From positions 1,030,809-1,094,808 of the forward strand of contig NMRA01000065.1 in assembly GCA_002633005.1 (NCBI GenBank): DNA of 64,000 nucleotides, given 5' to 3'. The stretch is from Phoronis australis. Lineage: Eukaryota > Animalia > Phoronida. The position numbers and the translations under genes are program-made. Below are positions 51,321 to 63,413 of this stretch, piece after piece (within the stretch, counting starts at the first letter, position 1; every line of letters begins with the position of its first letter). The notes beneath the pieces were generated by a model. The model did no database searches and was not told the origin of the DNA. It saw only the letters and a list, made by a program, of their open reading frames with translations.

Positions 51321-52054
51321 TTGGGCGCGAATTTCCTGCTGACCTCTATAAACGACGTATACTAGTTAACAAGAGCCGTAAATGAAATATACGAGATTCC
51401 TGAGGTGAAAAACTGATAAACTCAGCAAATGTCCGCCCGTGCATCCAGTCCAAGATGGCCCGGATAGCATTTTTGCTGTTTTTTATCGAACGGAAAATCA
51501 TGAAGGTGACTTGCGTGCTCGGTAACGACCAGTTTCCCCCCTCTCGGGCCCTATATCTCACGCAGGCTCACAAGCTGAAGCAAACGACCGGCACACGTGC
51601 ACGACTAATACGGGTCCTTCCGAGTTTTGCCGAACGACTCCGACTTCAGTCTGTTTACTTCTTGATTACGTGCTCAGATGTGTGCGTAGAGACTTCGTGG
51701 CGACTTGGGATTTTTACCAACGTCAAATCGAATATTTTAACACATATATTGAAGAATTATATCTACTGTTGTCCGTCTAGTATACAATGGAAAAAATATC
51801 TTATAGACATCAACGGTCTTCTCAAATAAGACACTGATTTGAGTTTTTGTAGTCACAGAATTCACCTTTTCAATGATGACTGAACGATGCTTAACGCATT
51901 TATCTTACACTGAAGTTGCGGCGTGTCTGTGACTTAGTCCTCATCTAAATAACAACTAAAACACACCGTGTCGCCTCAATAAATAAAATTGAAGATTGTC
52001 AATTTCAGGGTGTTCCATCGAAATCGGAATACCGGTGTAAAACATATTCCGGAG

Positions 52055-53218
52055 TCGAAAACAGAAAACCGCACCTTCAAAACAGCTAATCAGCCCGAAA
52101 AACACAAACCCCGACTTTAAAACAGGAATATCGGGGATCGGAAAGGAAACCGGACATTTTTTCAAATTTTCCGAGACGATGTCAGCAGCCTCAAAACTTT
52201 GAGTTAAATCATATTCAAGAACTTTACAGTTGTTTTCTGCATTTGCTTCTTAAAAATTCTCATTAACAACACGTAACGTACATATATTGGCTTTGTTCTT
52301 TGATTTTTATCGGTAAAACTCTTGTAACTTGTCTGCGGGCGAATTTCAACATAATCTATACTCTCAACACGTTGTTATCTTGGAGAATGTTTAGTTAATT
52401 TCATATTATTCAATAATTTTTCTAAAAATATTTTTAAAAAATGAAAAACAAAAATATTATTTCGACTTTTGAGTAATATTGTTGATTAATCCCTTTAAAT
52501 AACTTTACATTTAGCTACATTTTGTCGATAAACTTGTCGAGAGTACATTATTTCCGGCACAACCAGTTTCCAGATTTTGAAACGGACCGCGAGAATTATT
52601 TGCTCAAAACACCTTCACCGTCACCAATTTCACTGTTCTTGCCCTCAAAAAAGTGTACTTAACCTCCTCGATCATTAAAACGGAATTCAGTGGGATCGGA
52701 ATTTTGAACTCAACGCATTCACACTCTTTTTTGGCGGATCACTTCTGCAAAAGTTGTTCTGAAATTCGGTTTGCTGGTATTAAAATACAAGAAAACTTGT
52801 AACGAAATGAAACCAGTTCCGATAATTTATTGTGACATGTAGGCAACCTGACAAGAACAGTTGGAAGAACAGTGGAAGAACAGTTGATCGAAGAATTGGG
52901 AAAAAAAGTAACTGGCTAATATATGACGCAATATTTCATATGGCGCCGAAAGCCGACGTAAAAGACAACACCAAAACTTTAGCTACAGCAGAATAGCGGT
53001 AGAACGCCAATCGGCGAAATTGATACATGTCGTATGAACACAAAACACTTTAAAGGTACTATTTTCTTGAGATAAAGAATGTTTGAAAGAATGTGCGGAA
53101 GTGGTGGGTTTGGGTCCCTGGGTGTCCTGTCCGATCTCCGGGGTTCCTGTTTTAAAGGTCGGGGTTCTTGTTTTTCAGGGTGGTTAGCTCTGTTGAAGAT
53201 GCGGGAGTCTGTTTTGCA
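52055..53218. mobile_element. Old non-autonomous DNA element with ~100-bp imperfect inverted repeats
   Basis: accccgactttaaaacaggaa (~52108) versus ttcctgttttaaaggtcggggt (~53144), with similarity extending on both sides. True ends not resolved. Confidence 0.55.
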
Positions 53219-54084
53219 CCCAGGCTCCTATTTTGGCGGATCACTTTGAATTTATATATGAAAAACGCACCGACTTCAACAAATTTTGCGGTTAATTCGT
53301 CACCGATAGGGTGCGCTTCTTTAGGATTATAAAGCCTAGACCATCACCGTGGAAATTAGAAAGCAGCACATAATTATATTAAATCGTTATTGAGACGGTA
53401 GATACCATCACCATGGTCACCAACATCCAGCAGATAATTTCACTCATCCGCTCTACAGAGAGAGTAGATCGATATGTGTGCTAAGTACTAAATTATTAAT
53501 GTTGACAAAGGAAGACAACGCTCGAAAAACACTCACGTACAAGTTAGATATGCAAGTTGAGAATGGATAGGTACTTGCCCACATAACCGTAACTTAGGCG
53601 CCTATGCAAAACACTCGAACATTCATCTTGAAATTTCGATTTAAGAGTTGTTAACTATTCAAACACTAACCCAAAATCAAGCGTCACCTCGTGGACAATC
53701 TCTTGGCTTGTCTCAGTTTTGCGCTCAGTTGCATTTATGTTCGAAGTATAACCCGAAAATAATTGGTGCGTCACAAGCTCCGTTTCTAGAGATAAAAAGG
53801 AGACCGTGTATAGGCGATATATGGTCATTTATTGTGACTGTTAACGGTACAGAAATATGAGTGTACAGATAACATAAAGATAAAATAATAATCTCTGGAA
53901 TTATGGGCAATAAAAAGCGCCACAAGAGGTGTTGAATTTCCGATTCCTAGTTGCCTATCTACAGTCATCAGTATTTACGAATAAAACATGTCTCGCTGCT
54001 CTTTCTAAATATTGTACGTATCATTCACAGTAGTATTGAAGGTACGTAGAACCTTATCGACAAGTTTATGCATTCAGTTAAATG

Positions 54085-54785
54085 TATAGTCAAATATCTA
54101 CAAATCCATAGAATTTAGTGAGTAAGAGTACATATTTTCTGAAAGTAGAAAACGTATAGAGTTTGATTTTGGCTTTGTACAGGTCACGTGACCATGCCTT
54201 TTTAGTAAAATTTAAGCAAAAACGTTAACAACATTCACATCCAAACGACAATATCATTAAAATGCTAAATTTCGTTTGATAATAATTTCCCAAAGTAGAA
54301 TCTCAAAAAACACAGTAACAGATTTCCGAGTAATCATCTTGATTATATTTTATGCAACTTTTGATTTTTTTATAAAATTCATATAATCTGATAGCCCTCT
54401 TGAAAAAATGGGTCATTTTGAAATTATATAGGATCCTAGAAAAATGTCCATTTTTGGCTTTCTTCGGAACATCATATCATCTCAGAAATGGATGGTCTGA
54501 TTCGCATGAAACTTGAAATTGTTTTTAAATTGTTCCACTTTTGTCTGAGAAGCTATCAAAAATAGGATTTATATTGTTTGATAACAATCTTTGAAATTGC
54601 ATAAAAGGAAACGAAAAGATAATTTATTTTTTACTAAATTTTACTAAAAACAAGGTCACGTAACCTAATGAATAATAGATTGTTATAAAGTCGAAAATGA
54701 AATTCTACGTAATTTCTACTTTCGAAAAATATATACTTTCGCGAGTCAAAGTCTATAGTTAGTAGATATTTGGCTAAACGTACGG
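54085..54785. mobile_element. Palindromic MITE with ggtcacgtgacc and ctttcagaaaatatatac subterminal motifs
   Basis: Imperfect long inverted arms at about 54085-54225 and 54625-54785. The same motifs recur near 27395-27480, 29360 and 59350-59440. Confidence 0.5.
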
Positions 54786-54832
54786 TCTTGTCCACAAAGT
54801 TTGGAAAACAGTGCATTACTGAATAGGGTCAG

Positions 54833-54988
54833 CCATTTCTGAAACATGATGCTCCTGGTTACCCATTTCTGAAACACGATGCTCTTGGTTACCCATTTCT
54901 GAAACATGATGCTCCTGGTTACCCATTTCTGAAACATGATGCTCCTGGTTACCCATTTCTGAAACACGATGCTCCTGGTTACCCATTT
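54833..54988. repeat. 30-bp minisatellite, ~5.2 copies
   Basis: Unit ccatttctgaaacaYgatgctcYtggttac, head to tail with no spacers. Confidence 0.95.
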
Positions 54989-55704
54989 TTCCGTCCTACA
55001 TAACGGAAGTGATTGTACACACGAGTTCCGCCCATGAAGCCAACGTCTGATTTAGACCACTTAGCGCTATGAAATCGGCCTCAGCTCGTCCTTTGCAAAG
55101 AACTGACACTTCGTTATCTGTTGAAGCCATACTCACCGCGTGAAGTAACACACCGTGACAGGCCAACTTCTACAGCCTGATCTCAAACAATAGCAAATTG
55201 TCAATTCCAAGAAACTACTTCTAATTTGATCATCAGAAACAATTTGCGACCAATTTCATAATGGTGTTTTGTGATGGAAAGAGGATGGGGCCTAGAAATT
55301 TGAGTTGACCCTCGATAACAACCATTCCACTTCCCTTTGTCACAATATAGTTTGACCATCGCTCAGAGCTGTCGTCATAATTTTCACGCCCTTTCTTGGT
55401 CGTCACAATTTTACACGCTCCCAGTTGCCACGATTTTCGTTCAACTTGGCTGACACCAACTTTTACAAGCCGGGGCCTTCCATGGCTGCAAGGCGAGGTC
55501 GTTGTTTTGTTTAGGCAATAAATATGTTGGCTTACTGATTAATCCGGCACCGATGTCCTCGATCTCTACACAGGAAAATCTAACGACCACGTCCATTGAT
55601 GGGATACAAATTCAGACGTCATTATGTTCCTGGAATACTTTAGGCCCTTTCATATTGACTTAACTCCGGTATGAGCGGAGCGTCGACGTAAACATCGCAA
55701 TTAA

Positions 55705-57116
55705 AGGCGAAGGCAACCTTTTCCATGTCATTTTTAGCAAAAATAAGGTTCTTTGGTTATCCCTGACATATTTTTCACCTAACTACAGCTTTTCGGAATT
55801 TAATTAATTACTCGTGCTCTACTCCGGAAGTGACGTTTTGGGAGGCAAGAATTTCGCGCCAATTTCTTTTCATATTATAGTCTCACTGTGAGAGCTGTCG
55901 AGTCAGTTATTGTTCTACCTCATTTGCTTTTGTTTACGAGTCAGACAACATGCCACACTGTTGCTGCGTACCGGGATGTACTCATTATCGTCTCACGCGC
56001 GCTTTGGGAATACCAGGCTTTGCATCGCTTTCCAAAGCATAACACACTTCGCCGTAGGCCTACCTCAGTGGCTCGTTCGTGTGAAGAACACAGCGTTACC
56101 CGTCAACGCAACGTTCAAAGCAGTTGAGGGTTACCGAGTGTGTGGCAAGCATTTTCTGCCGTCAGATTAAGAGAGGGATATGTAAGCTGAATTGATGAAG
56201 GTCCCTGCGAAACAACGCCTCAGTTTAGACGGGTGCTATACCGTAGCTGTTGTTTCCCGGCAGTACTCCGTCGCCACCCCCGAGAAGTGCGTTTTTGAAG
56301 CGACAAGCCTCGCGAGCTATGGCCACTACAGTGACTGGAGGCACTTCATCTACTGTCGCCCGTGCCTCCGGACGACTAACGTACAGAGCGTCCAATTCTG
56401 GGAACTAGCAGTGATTCGCCCTGTACGTGCTGTTGTCTCTAACACAGAGCTTATAAGCAGCCCTGCATCGATGTTGAGTTGTGGGAGTGAATACAGGCCC
56501 AGTTCGACACCCAGTGAAGAGGACAGTTCGTCGTCCAACGAACAGATCTGTGAGCCAAACTTTGATAAGTTTATTATGGACTTGTCTAAAGTATTGGAGC
56601 TATTTAGAAAGTGCCAGGTGTGTGGCGAGGGAGTCACAATACGGGATGTAAGCAGTTTGGGTGCTCAGGTCACCATCCAGTGGGAGTGTATCGCGGGACA
56701 CTGGGGAAAATGGGACAGTTGTGCCTGTGCATACTCTGCCTCATTATACTCGGGCTCAAACATACAAAGTATACCCACCCACTGACTATCCGTGAAAAAA
56801 TTCCTCGTCACCACTGCTATATGAACAATGTCTCCGTTACTCACGTCACTACTGTCAATGTGATATGGGTCGCCGACTCCAGTCATTTTCAGATTAATAC
56901 AAACTAAAGAATCCCTAAATCCAACGTAATTGGGTTCTCTAACAACTTAGTTTGTCGTAGAAAATTCGTCGATGGGAAGTGTTGACGACAATTTTAGAAA
57001 AACAGCCCGGAAACAAAAGTAGTACAGATCCTCACACTAAACTCAACAATATGTCTGGGATAACCAACGAACCTTGTTTTTGCTAAAAATGACATGCAAC
57101 AATGTTGCCTTCGCCT
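55705..57116 (+). mobile_element. Kolobok-like DNA transposon, internally deleted, with decayed THAP transposase N-terminus
   Basis: TTAA at 55701-04 and 57117-20. ~70-bp TIRs AGGCGAAGGCAAC...catgtcatttttagcaaaaa..aaggttc.ttggttatccc. Frameshifted THAP (MPHCCCVPGC / LHRFPK / QWL / RVCGKHF) followed by KFIM..LELFRKCQVC...WECIAGH..W. No DDE core. Confidence 0.8.
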
Positions 57117-57548
57117 TTAACTGGACCGTTCATATTAGCTGGCTTCGGTAGTTAATGAACATCGAAGTAAACGGTTGGTGACGCTGTCGTCATCGAAGTT
57201 ATCGCAAGGTAGCGCTGCACGCTAAGATTTTTATCAATGTGATAATTTGGGAACATTTACATGTGCTAAATGACATTAAACTCATTTTCAAATCGATTGG
57301 TTATTTAGAGCAAAATATAAGCAGCTATTAGTGACGGCACTACTCTGTAACTGTTGACGATAACAGTGGCACCTGGCGATAACTTCGATTGGACTGAAGT
57401 TAACTGTGCATGCTACACTGCAGCGTCGACTGCGCTATTAAATCCACTTGTTAACTGCGATGTTAACTGGAGCTGTTAACTGCGATCCAGGACCGTTTCT
57501 GTCAGATGACGCAAGCTAGTTTTCCAATTTCTAGCCCTGTTGTTTCAG

Positions 57549-57627
57549 AAACCCTCCAACAGCGTTGTTTCTTCAAACGATGGATAACCGCATACTACGA
57601 GCAGAAAGATTCTTTGTTAATCCGAGG
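57549..57627 (+). CDS. F5/8C-CUB-serine protease, exon H
   Basis: tgtttcag|A (phase 2) and AGG|gttggt (phase 0) bridge exons G and I in frame. NPPTALFLQTMDNRILRAERFFVNPR; ERFFVNP aligns to V..II.HP. Confidence 0.7.
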
Positions 57628-58181
57628 GTTGGTGTCGGGCCTCCGAAGCACCCGGTAGGACAATTAATTTGTTTCATCGATTTCAGTGTTCTAAGAACCA
57701 CTTATGAAAAAAGATGTATAATTGATGAGTCTGCTGAATTTTTTTCTCAACAGAAATTTGCACGTTTAGAAAACAGATAAAAACAGAGCACTTGTTTTTA
57801 ACGGGAAGCCCCTCTAGGTTAAAGTGTTTCTTCTCTTTAGACATTTTCGCTCGCAAGTATAGCAAATTCGTCGACATTAACACAGTGTGATTCTATGGTG
57901 TTTGTTTTTCTTTGTAGAAATTTGACCTTGTCGTATACTGGAATGTTTCTATCAAAAACCAAAAAACCATATTCAGCGGAAAAGGCCCCCAGTGTATTTT
58001 TGTCTGAACTTTAACTTATAAAACGGCTGTCAACTTCACTTTTGATTGACAGTTGAACGCAAATAAACGCAGGACTGTAATGTACGACGTGAATTTATTT
58101 TAGCGATGTATTTCGATTGATGCAACTACCTCTGTGTGAAAATATTGGCGATAGTATTTTTAACAACTCCGTCTTTCACAG

Positions 58182-58341
58182 ATTTCGCACGACATTGGAC
58201 TCGTTCGGCTGGAGACAACTGCCCATCTAAGCTCTTCAGTTAACCCGATTTGCTTGCCGGATATGCATTATGAGAAAGGCGACGGCTCGTTTGACCCCGC
58301 TTCATGTTCTTTCACTGGATTCGGAACCATTGGAGCTGGTG
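58182..58341 (+). CDS. F5/8C-CUB-serine protease, exon I (catalytic Asp)
   Basis: ctttcacag|ATT and GTG|gtaagg. ISHDIGLVRLETTAHLSSSVNPICLP...CSFTGFGT. Confidence 0.92.
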
Positions 58342-59423
58342 GTAAGGCCCTGTTCCTCTTAAGGCCAGTTCTCAGTACGATTTCACAAACGGAAGAAAAC
58401 CAAGTACCGTGGAGTTTAAATCAAAACACCGTGGTCGTAGACGCCTTCGCGGCATTTTGGACAAAGTTGCTGCACCTTCACGTACGTCCGCAAATCGTTC
58501 TATCCAGATCGGATGTTCTGAGAATACGTTTGGTTTGACAGGGCCATAAAGAAAAATGTGCAAATGGCAGCAAAATGATTATCAACGGGGATAACATGTG
58601 ATCCCATACAATGTGGTGTATTTGCATAAAGTTCTAGTTCTTTTTAAAGGCCCGTTTCGATTAGTTAGTATACATAATTCGTGGTGCGTAATTTTCAAAG
58701 TTTCGTGCAACCCAACCCTGTTGAGTTGTATTTTAAAGAGCTCACCATGAGGTTTCCTAGACGTAAACACACCATTTAACATGTACAAACGGAAACGGAG
58801 AAAAGTGTTACGACATCGCCATATGCGTGTGCAAGCATTATGCATCACGCATGCGCTCTCACAGAAACTCATACAGTGGATGTCGATACCAGTAAAGTTC
58901 GCTAAGCGGAAACCTTCGAACGCTTTCCGCTTGCCTTTTGAAGGGCAAACTAATGAAAGTATCAATAAATGTTTCAAAAAGTTCGGTCAAATTTTGAACC
59001 ACAAAGACACAAGGAGACTTTAACGAGACTCACTGGGATCATGCCCGTGCCCCAGGGAGTGCGACGGGTGCGAACGTAACCCCCACCGGGATTTTGGGTC
59101 CGCCTTAGCAAGCCGAATTTAAGTCATATTACGTGTACTATACTTCTTAGTTACCTCCGTAATGGTCTTATACTAAAATGTTTTTTCGCTGAAAATGAAA
59201 GATTGTCAGCTGCCATAAAGTACTCGAGAAAGAGTTTTTATATATCCCCTTGAACATTTACATGAAGTAAAATTTGATCGAGTGATTGATAACGTTGTTT
59301 TGTTATCAATGTACCTTTCTTTTTGGCTAAACTTTAATGAAAAGACGGGGTCACGTGACCCAATTAATAGCAGTCTGCTAAAAAGTCAAAAATCAAATTC
59401 CACAGCCTTTCTTCTTTCAGAAA

Positions 59424-59646
59424 ATATATATATACTTTTACTTAGTTAAAATTTATACTTTTACTTAGTTAATATATATACTTTTACCTAGTTAATATTT
59501 ATACTTTTAGTTAGTTAATATATATACTTTTACTGAGTTAATATATATACTTTTACTTAGTTAATATATATACTTTTACTTAGTTAATATATATACTTTT
59601 ACTTAGTTAATATTTATACTTTTACTTAGTTAAAATTATTACTTTT
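59424..59646. repeat. AT-rich ~22-23-bp minisatellite, ~9-10 copies
   Basis: Unit atat(a/t)tatacttttacttagtta with minor variants. Confidence 0.9.
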
Positions 59647-59910
59647 CCAGATGTTTTGTTAAATGCACAGACTTGTCGAAAAGATCGCGCATAACCTTAT
59701 GTATAGTAGAATGATCTTTATTTGGCCTACGTCCAGAAAACCACTATAGTTATCAAATTAGTTGTGGCTAATAGATATTTTTAATTTTAGCATTATAGAC
59801 ATCTTAATGCTACTGTGATGTCTATGGCTAGTATGGCCGGCAAGTTTATTCAAAGGTTGACAATTTTAACTGCACAGCGAGTAGCTACTGAACATGTATT
59901 CCTATCCCAG

Positions 59911-60062
59911 GTACTATACCGGTCACGCTACAGGAAGTTCGCCAACCAAATGTTCTGGCTACTCACGTCTGTCAAGGTTTCTGGATACGGACATCGTGGA
60001 TCGATAAGGGCGGCGAGATTTGTTTAGGAGGCCAATGGGACGGACGTGGTTATCTCTGCCCG
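59911..60062 (+). CDS. F5/8C-CUB-serine protease, exon J
   Basis: ctatcccag|GT and CCG|gtaagc. TIPVTLQEVRQPNVLATHVCQ...EICLGGQWDGRGYLCP. Not in the ORF track. Confidence 0.9.
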
Positions 60063-61208
60063 GTAAGCACACGACACAGTCACGATTATCTAACAATTTC
60101 GATACGATACGACGAATTTTGACAATAGAGCACGTTTCACGGTAATCAGCTCTAATTCCCCAGTTGCAAAAACCAACGTCGAGATAATAACTCAAGTAGG
60201 TTGTTCCAAAAGACGGCAGATGATCGATATTTCTTTTGCCACTACAACGGCAAAATCGTTGTTAAAATTCGCCTTAGTCTCAAAATTAGGTGTATATGGT
60301 TGGACTGTTTTACACCAGTCACTCAGTAGACTTGAAATTGCAAAACATTTAAAGCAATTACGTGTCCGTAACAACAATATCAAAGCAGGCCTTGATTCCT
60401 CTGATGGGGGACATTGCTGTAATATGAACGGAAATAGTGAACGTCACGGTACTGAGGTAGTCTAGAAAATTCCGCCATCTTGGTTCTAACTCTAACCACT
60501 TCTCTGTGGAAACTACAACGCGTCAAAAGATAACACGATAAAATCACCAGTTATTATTTATTAAAAACGTGTTCACTATGCTAATACATTGTATGTATGG
60601 TTCGCAGATGCTTTGGCACGAGCTTCAGATTTTAAAAAGCTACTTTTGCTGAATTTTGCCTGTTTAGCGAAACTAGTGTGTAAGTGCATGTGAACACTCT
60701 GCTGCTATATTGTTTGGAGTAACTGCGAGGGTATGACGTGATCACTTTCCGTCTCCGTGGATGGATATAAAGTGTACTCTACATCTTTTCATTGCCTGAA
60801 CCTTGAGGCTAAGAACCAGAATCAGCGCCACCACAGATTGGAACAAAAACATGTTCATTAATTGAAACCATTTCACTGAGAAGCTACAGGAATTGATTGA
60901 GACAGACAAAAATGCTTCCCAACTGCATGTAAACCTATCATTACCGGCACCTGACGGGGTGAGATTCTGTTAGCGTTACAGAAGGTGAGTCCCGTAACTT
61001 AAAGCAAGTATCTTGCGAGCTTAGTGAGATCAAACAAGATCACATAATAAAATTTCGAGAATAAGCTAGATATCGGACTAGTGTGCTCTTTCAGTTCCGT
61101 TGAACCAAGATTTCTCATCTCAAAAGTCTAGCCCAGCATACGGAACGCGGCACTGTTGGTGTAGGGACGAAAAGTACTTACGGCACACCCATAGCAACTA
61201 CACCAAAT

Positions 61209-61602
61209 CATGGGCGGCGCAGCACTGAAAAAAGAGGGGTATAGCCCTCAGCCCCCTGTGGTGCACCGCCCATAGACCATGGACGGCGCAAAAAGTGGGG
61301 CTATACATAGGCGGATTTAGGGGGTGGGGGGCCCAGTGCGAAGCGTAAGGAAATATGACTAGGACTGGTAGTGGAGAAGGGGGGGGGGGGGGGCTCGGAC
61401 CCCAGATAGCGGCGGNGGGATCGCGTTCCCGTTTTTTTAGTCGATAGGTTTTCCCAACAGAAGGTTCATACTCCCGGCCCCTGTACACATACAACAGCGC
61501 TTTGCCCAATTAGCCGAGGCAACATGTTGGGCACCCCCTTATGGTATCCTAGATCCGCCACTGCTATAGCCCCCTGCAGCCCCCTATTGTGTGCCGCCCA
61601 TG
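61209..61602. mobile_element. Nested MITEs: catgggcggcgc-type element containing a cataggcggatttag element (61306-61563)
   Basis: Outer TIR catgggcggc...gccgcccatg with TSD caaat (61204-08 and 61603-07). Inner TIR cataggcggatttagg...cctagatccgccactg with TSD ctata (61301-05 and 61564-68). Confidence 0.8.
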
Positions 61603-61956
61603 CAAATATAAAACAAACAACATGGCGGTGGCCTATTCCCTTGAACTAGCATATTTGTTCAAACTGGCAAATTTCAAAAAATAAGTTGAAACCGGAAGCG
61701 CATACCACAGCATTAATGGAGTGTTAGTATTAAAAGTAGAGTGTAATTGGTGATTTTCCAGTTACAGCATTTGACCTAATGTAATTCCCCATAGCGGAAG
61801 TGGAATGTGTTAGAACCAACAACGATACCCCACTGAGGTGACGTCACACTTTAAACCCTGTGGCACAGTGTAGCAACCAAGTCAAGCCAATCACCTGTTG
61901 AATCACCACTCGTTGAAGTGCCTTGCTTTGAACAAAAAGCTTTTGTTATATTACAG

Positions 61957-62154
61957 GGCGATAGTGGAAGCCCGTATTCGTGTAGAAACAAACAAAACGA
62001 TAAGTGGTATCTGCAGGCAACTTCCGGGTGGGTAAACCAGAACTGCAATGAGAACGGATACCCATCCATTTTACTGCGCACGCACAAATACGTCGAGTGG
62101 ATCAAGATTGTCATGGCGTCGTACTTTGACGCCATGCCCGAAGGAGGATATTGA
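61957..62154 (+). CDS. F5/8C-CUB-serine protease, last exon (catalytic Ser)
   Basis: atattacag|GGC. GDSGSPYSC...WYLQATSGWVNQNC...YPSILLRTHKYVEWI, ending in TGA. The 11 exons total 2060 nt with consistent phases. Confidence 0.93.
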   Translation, partial: GDSGSPYSCRNKQNDKWYLQATSGWVNQNCNENGYPSILLRTHKYVEWIKIVMASYFDAMPEGGY

Positions 62155-62459
62155 TAAAGTTGTTCTTAATCATTTAGTGATGGCGTTTATGTCTAATGTG
62201 TTTTCTCCAATAATCGAATTTACATGTATATTAAGGAACTCTATTGATATTTAGTTCATGATGTTAAGCATCTATTAATCAACGAGTTAAATATATATGC
62301 ATGTATTAAATAAGGCACGAGTTGACATGATGTACACGTCAAATGTACACGTCATGAACAACAGTATTAGTGGTTGTATCGTTGTCACGACGAGTCTCGT
62401 CTTCAAACAATATTGACTGCAGAAGAAGACACTAAATATATTGTCCTTGTCGTATCTGA

Positions 62460-63413
62460 GTCCTTAAACGACTTAGGTTTTCGTCGTTCACATTGACTGC
62501 GCTGCGGGGCCACAGGTGGAATGGCATCGTTGTCATCGTTGGCTTGTGTCTGATCGTACATGCACTCCGGCGACATCACTTAGGAGTTATCGGATGATTT
62601 GTAAATGACACTCGGATTATGTTGAAGGTCTCGCCGGTTACCGTATTCAGCGATCGCTGGTCGTGATGTTTTCCCGAGATAACTGCCTTACCCCACGTAT
62701 TCCCTTCCTGTACACGAACACTGTCCCAGATATTGTTATCAGGAAGGGTCTTCACACCATGACGACTGTGTTATTTTGCCTGAGTTTCTTAACGGTCGCA
62801 CAATACTTGACCAGCGTGACTGGGTACCGAATGTTTCAGAAGTTCGGAACGCGTGGGGATTTTGTCCATGGATCTCTCCGACTCATCATTAACTGAGCTA
62901 AAAATACCACAGACGTGTTACAGGTGCACTCCAGGAGTGCAATGTTCGGGTTTCCGTTTTCGGGTTTCGTCTTGCTGAGCAGCTTAACAGTTCCCACAAA
63001 ATTTTCGCTCTGGCCGTTGGATAGTTGCTTGTCCGAGTCGCAGTCTGAAGTTTCCATTCCTGTGCAAACGACTGCAATACGTAACTTGTGAACGGCATAT
63101 TGTCACACACAAGTACATGTATGTTAGTGGAATTCGAGAGAGAATAGGTTTCTTGACCTTAACGACACTATGAGCTATTTTATGGTTGAGACGTTTCGAG
63201 AAATAGCAAACAATGACTAAATAATCATGTCCCGCAAAATGTCGGCCCCCAATTTTTGACCACACTCTCAATGGTACATAGATGAGCATCTGTGGTTCTT
63301 GAAAATTATTGCGTTTAAAACGTATGTCTCACGACCGTTTATAATTTACTCAATATTCTTATTCACATTTGGTCATACAGGCTCTCACGAGCACGAGATT
63401 TACATTTCTCAAT
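62460..63413 (-). mobile_element. Decayed Ty3/Gypsy LTR-retrotransposon integrase
   Basis: Frameshifted motifs in order: IEKCKSRARESLY (zinc-binding region), WSKIG..DYLVIVCYFSK, CDNMPFTS..FAQEW, SNGQSENFVGTVK, IALLE, LAQLMMSRR, DSVRVQEG..W.KAV, RSQCERRKPKSFKD. Confidence 0.8.

Noticed and set aside
54833-54988. 30-bp repeats as a CRISPR array or the MFQKWVTRSI repeat protein
   Set aside because: Units are head to tail with no spacers, in a eukaryotic intron with no cas genes. It is a minisatellite.
63170-63230. GAAACGTC (minus strand) and GAAACGTCG near 39222 as additional hammerheads
   Set aside because: No upstream CUGANGA box or stem II at either site.
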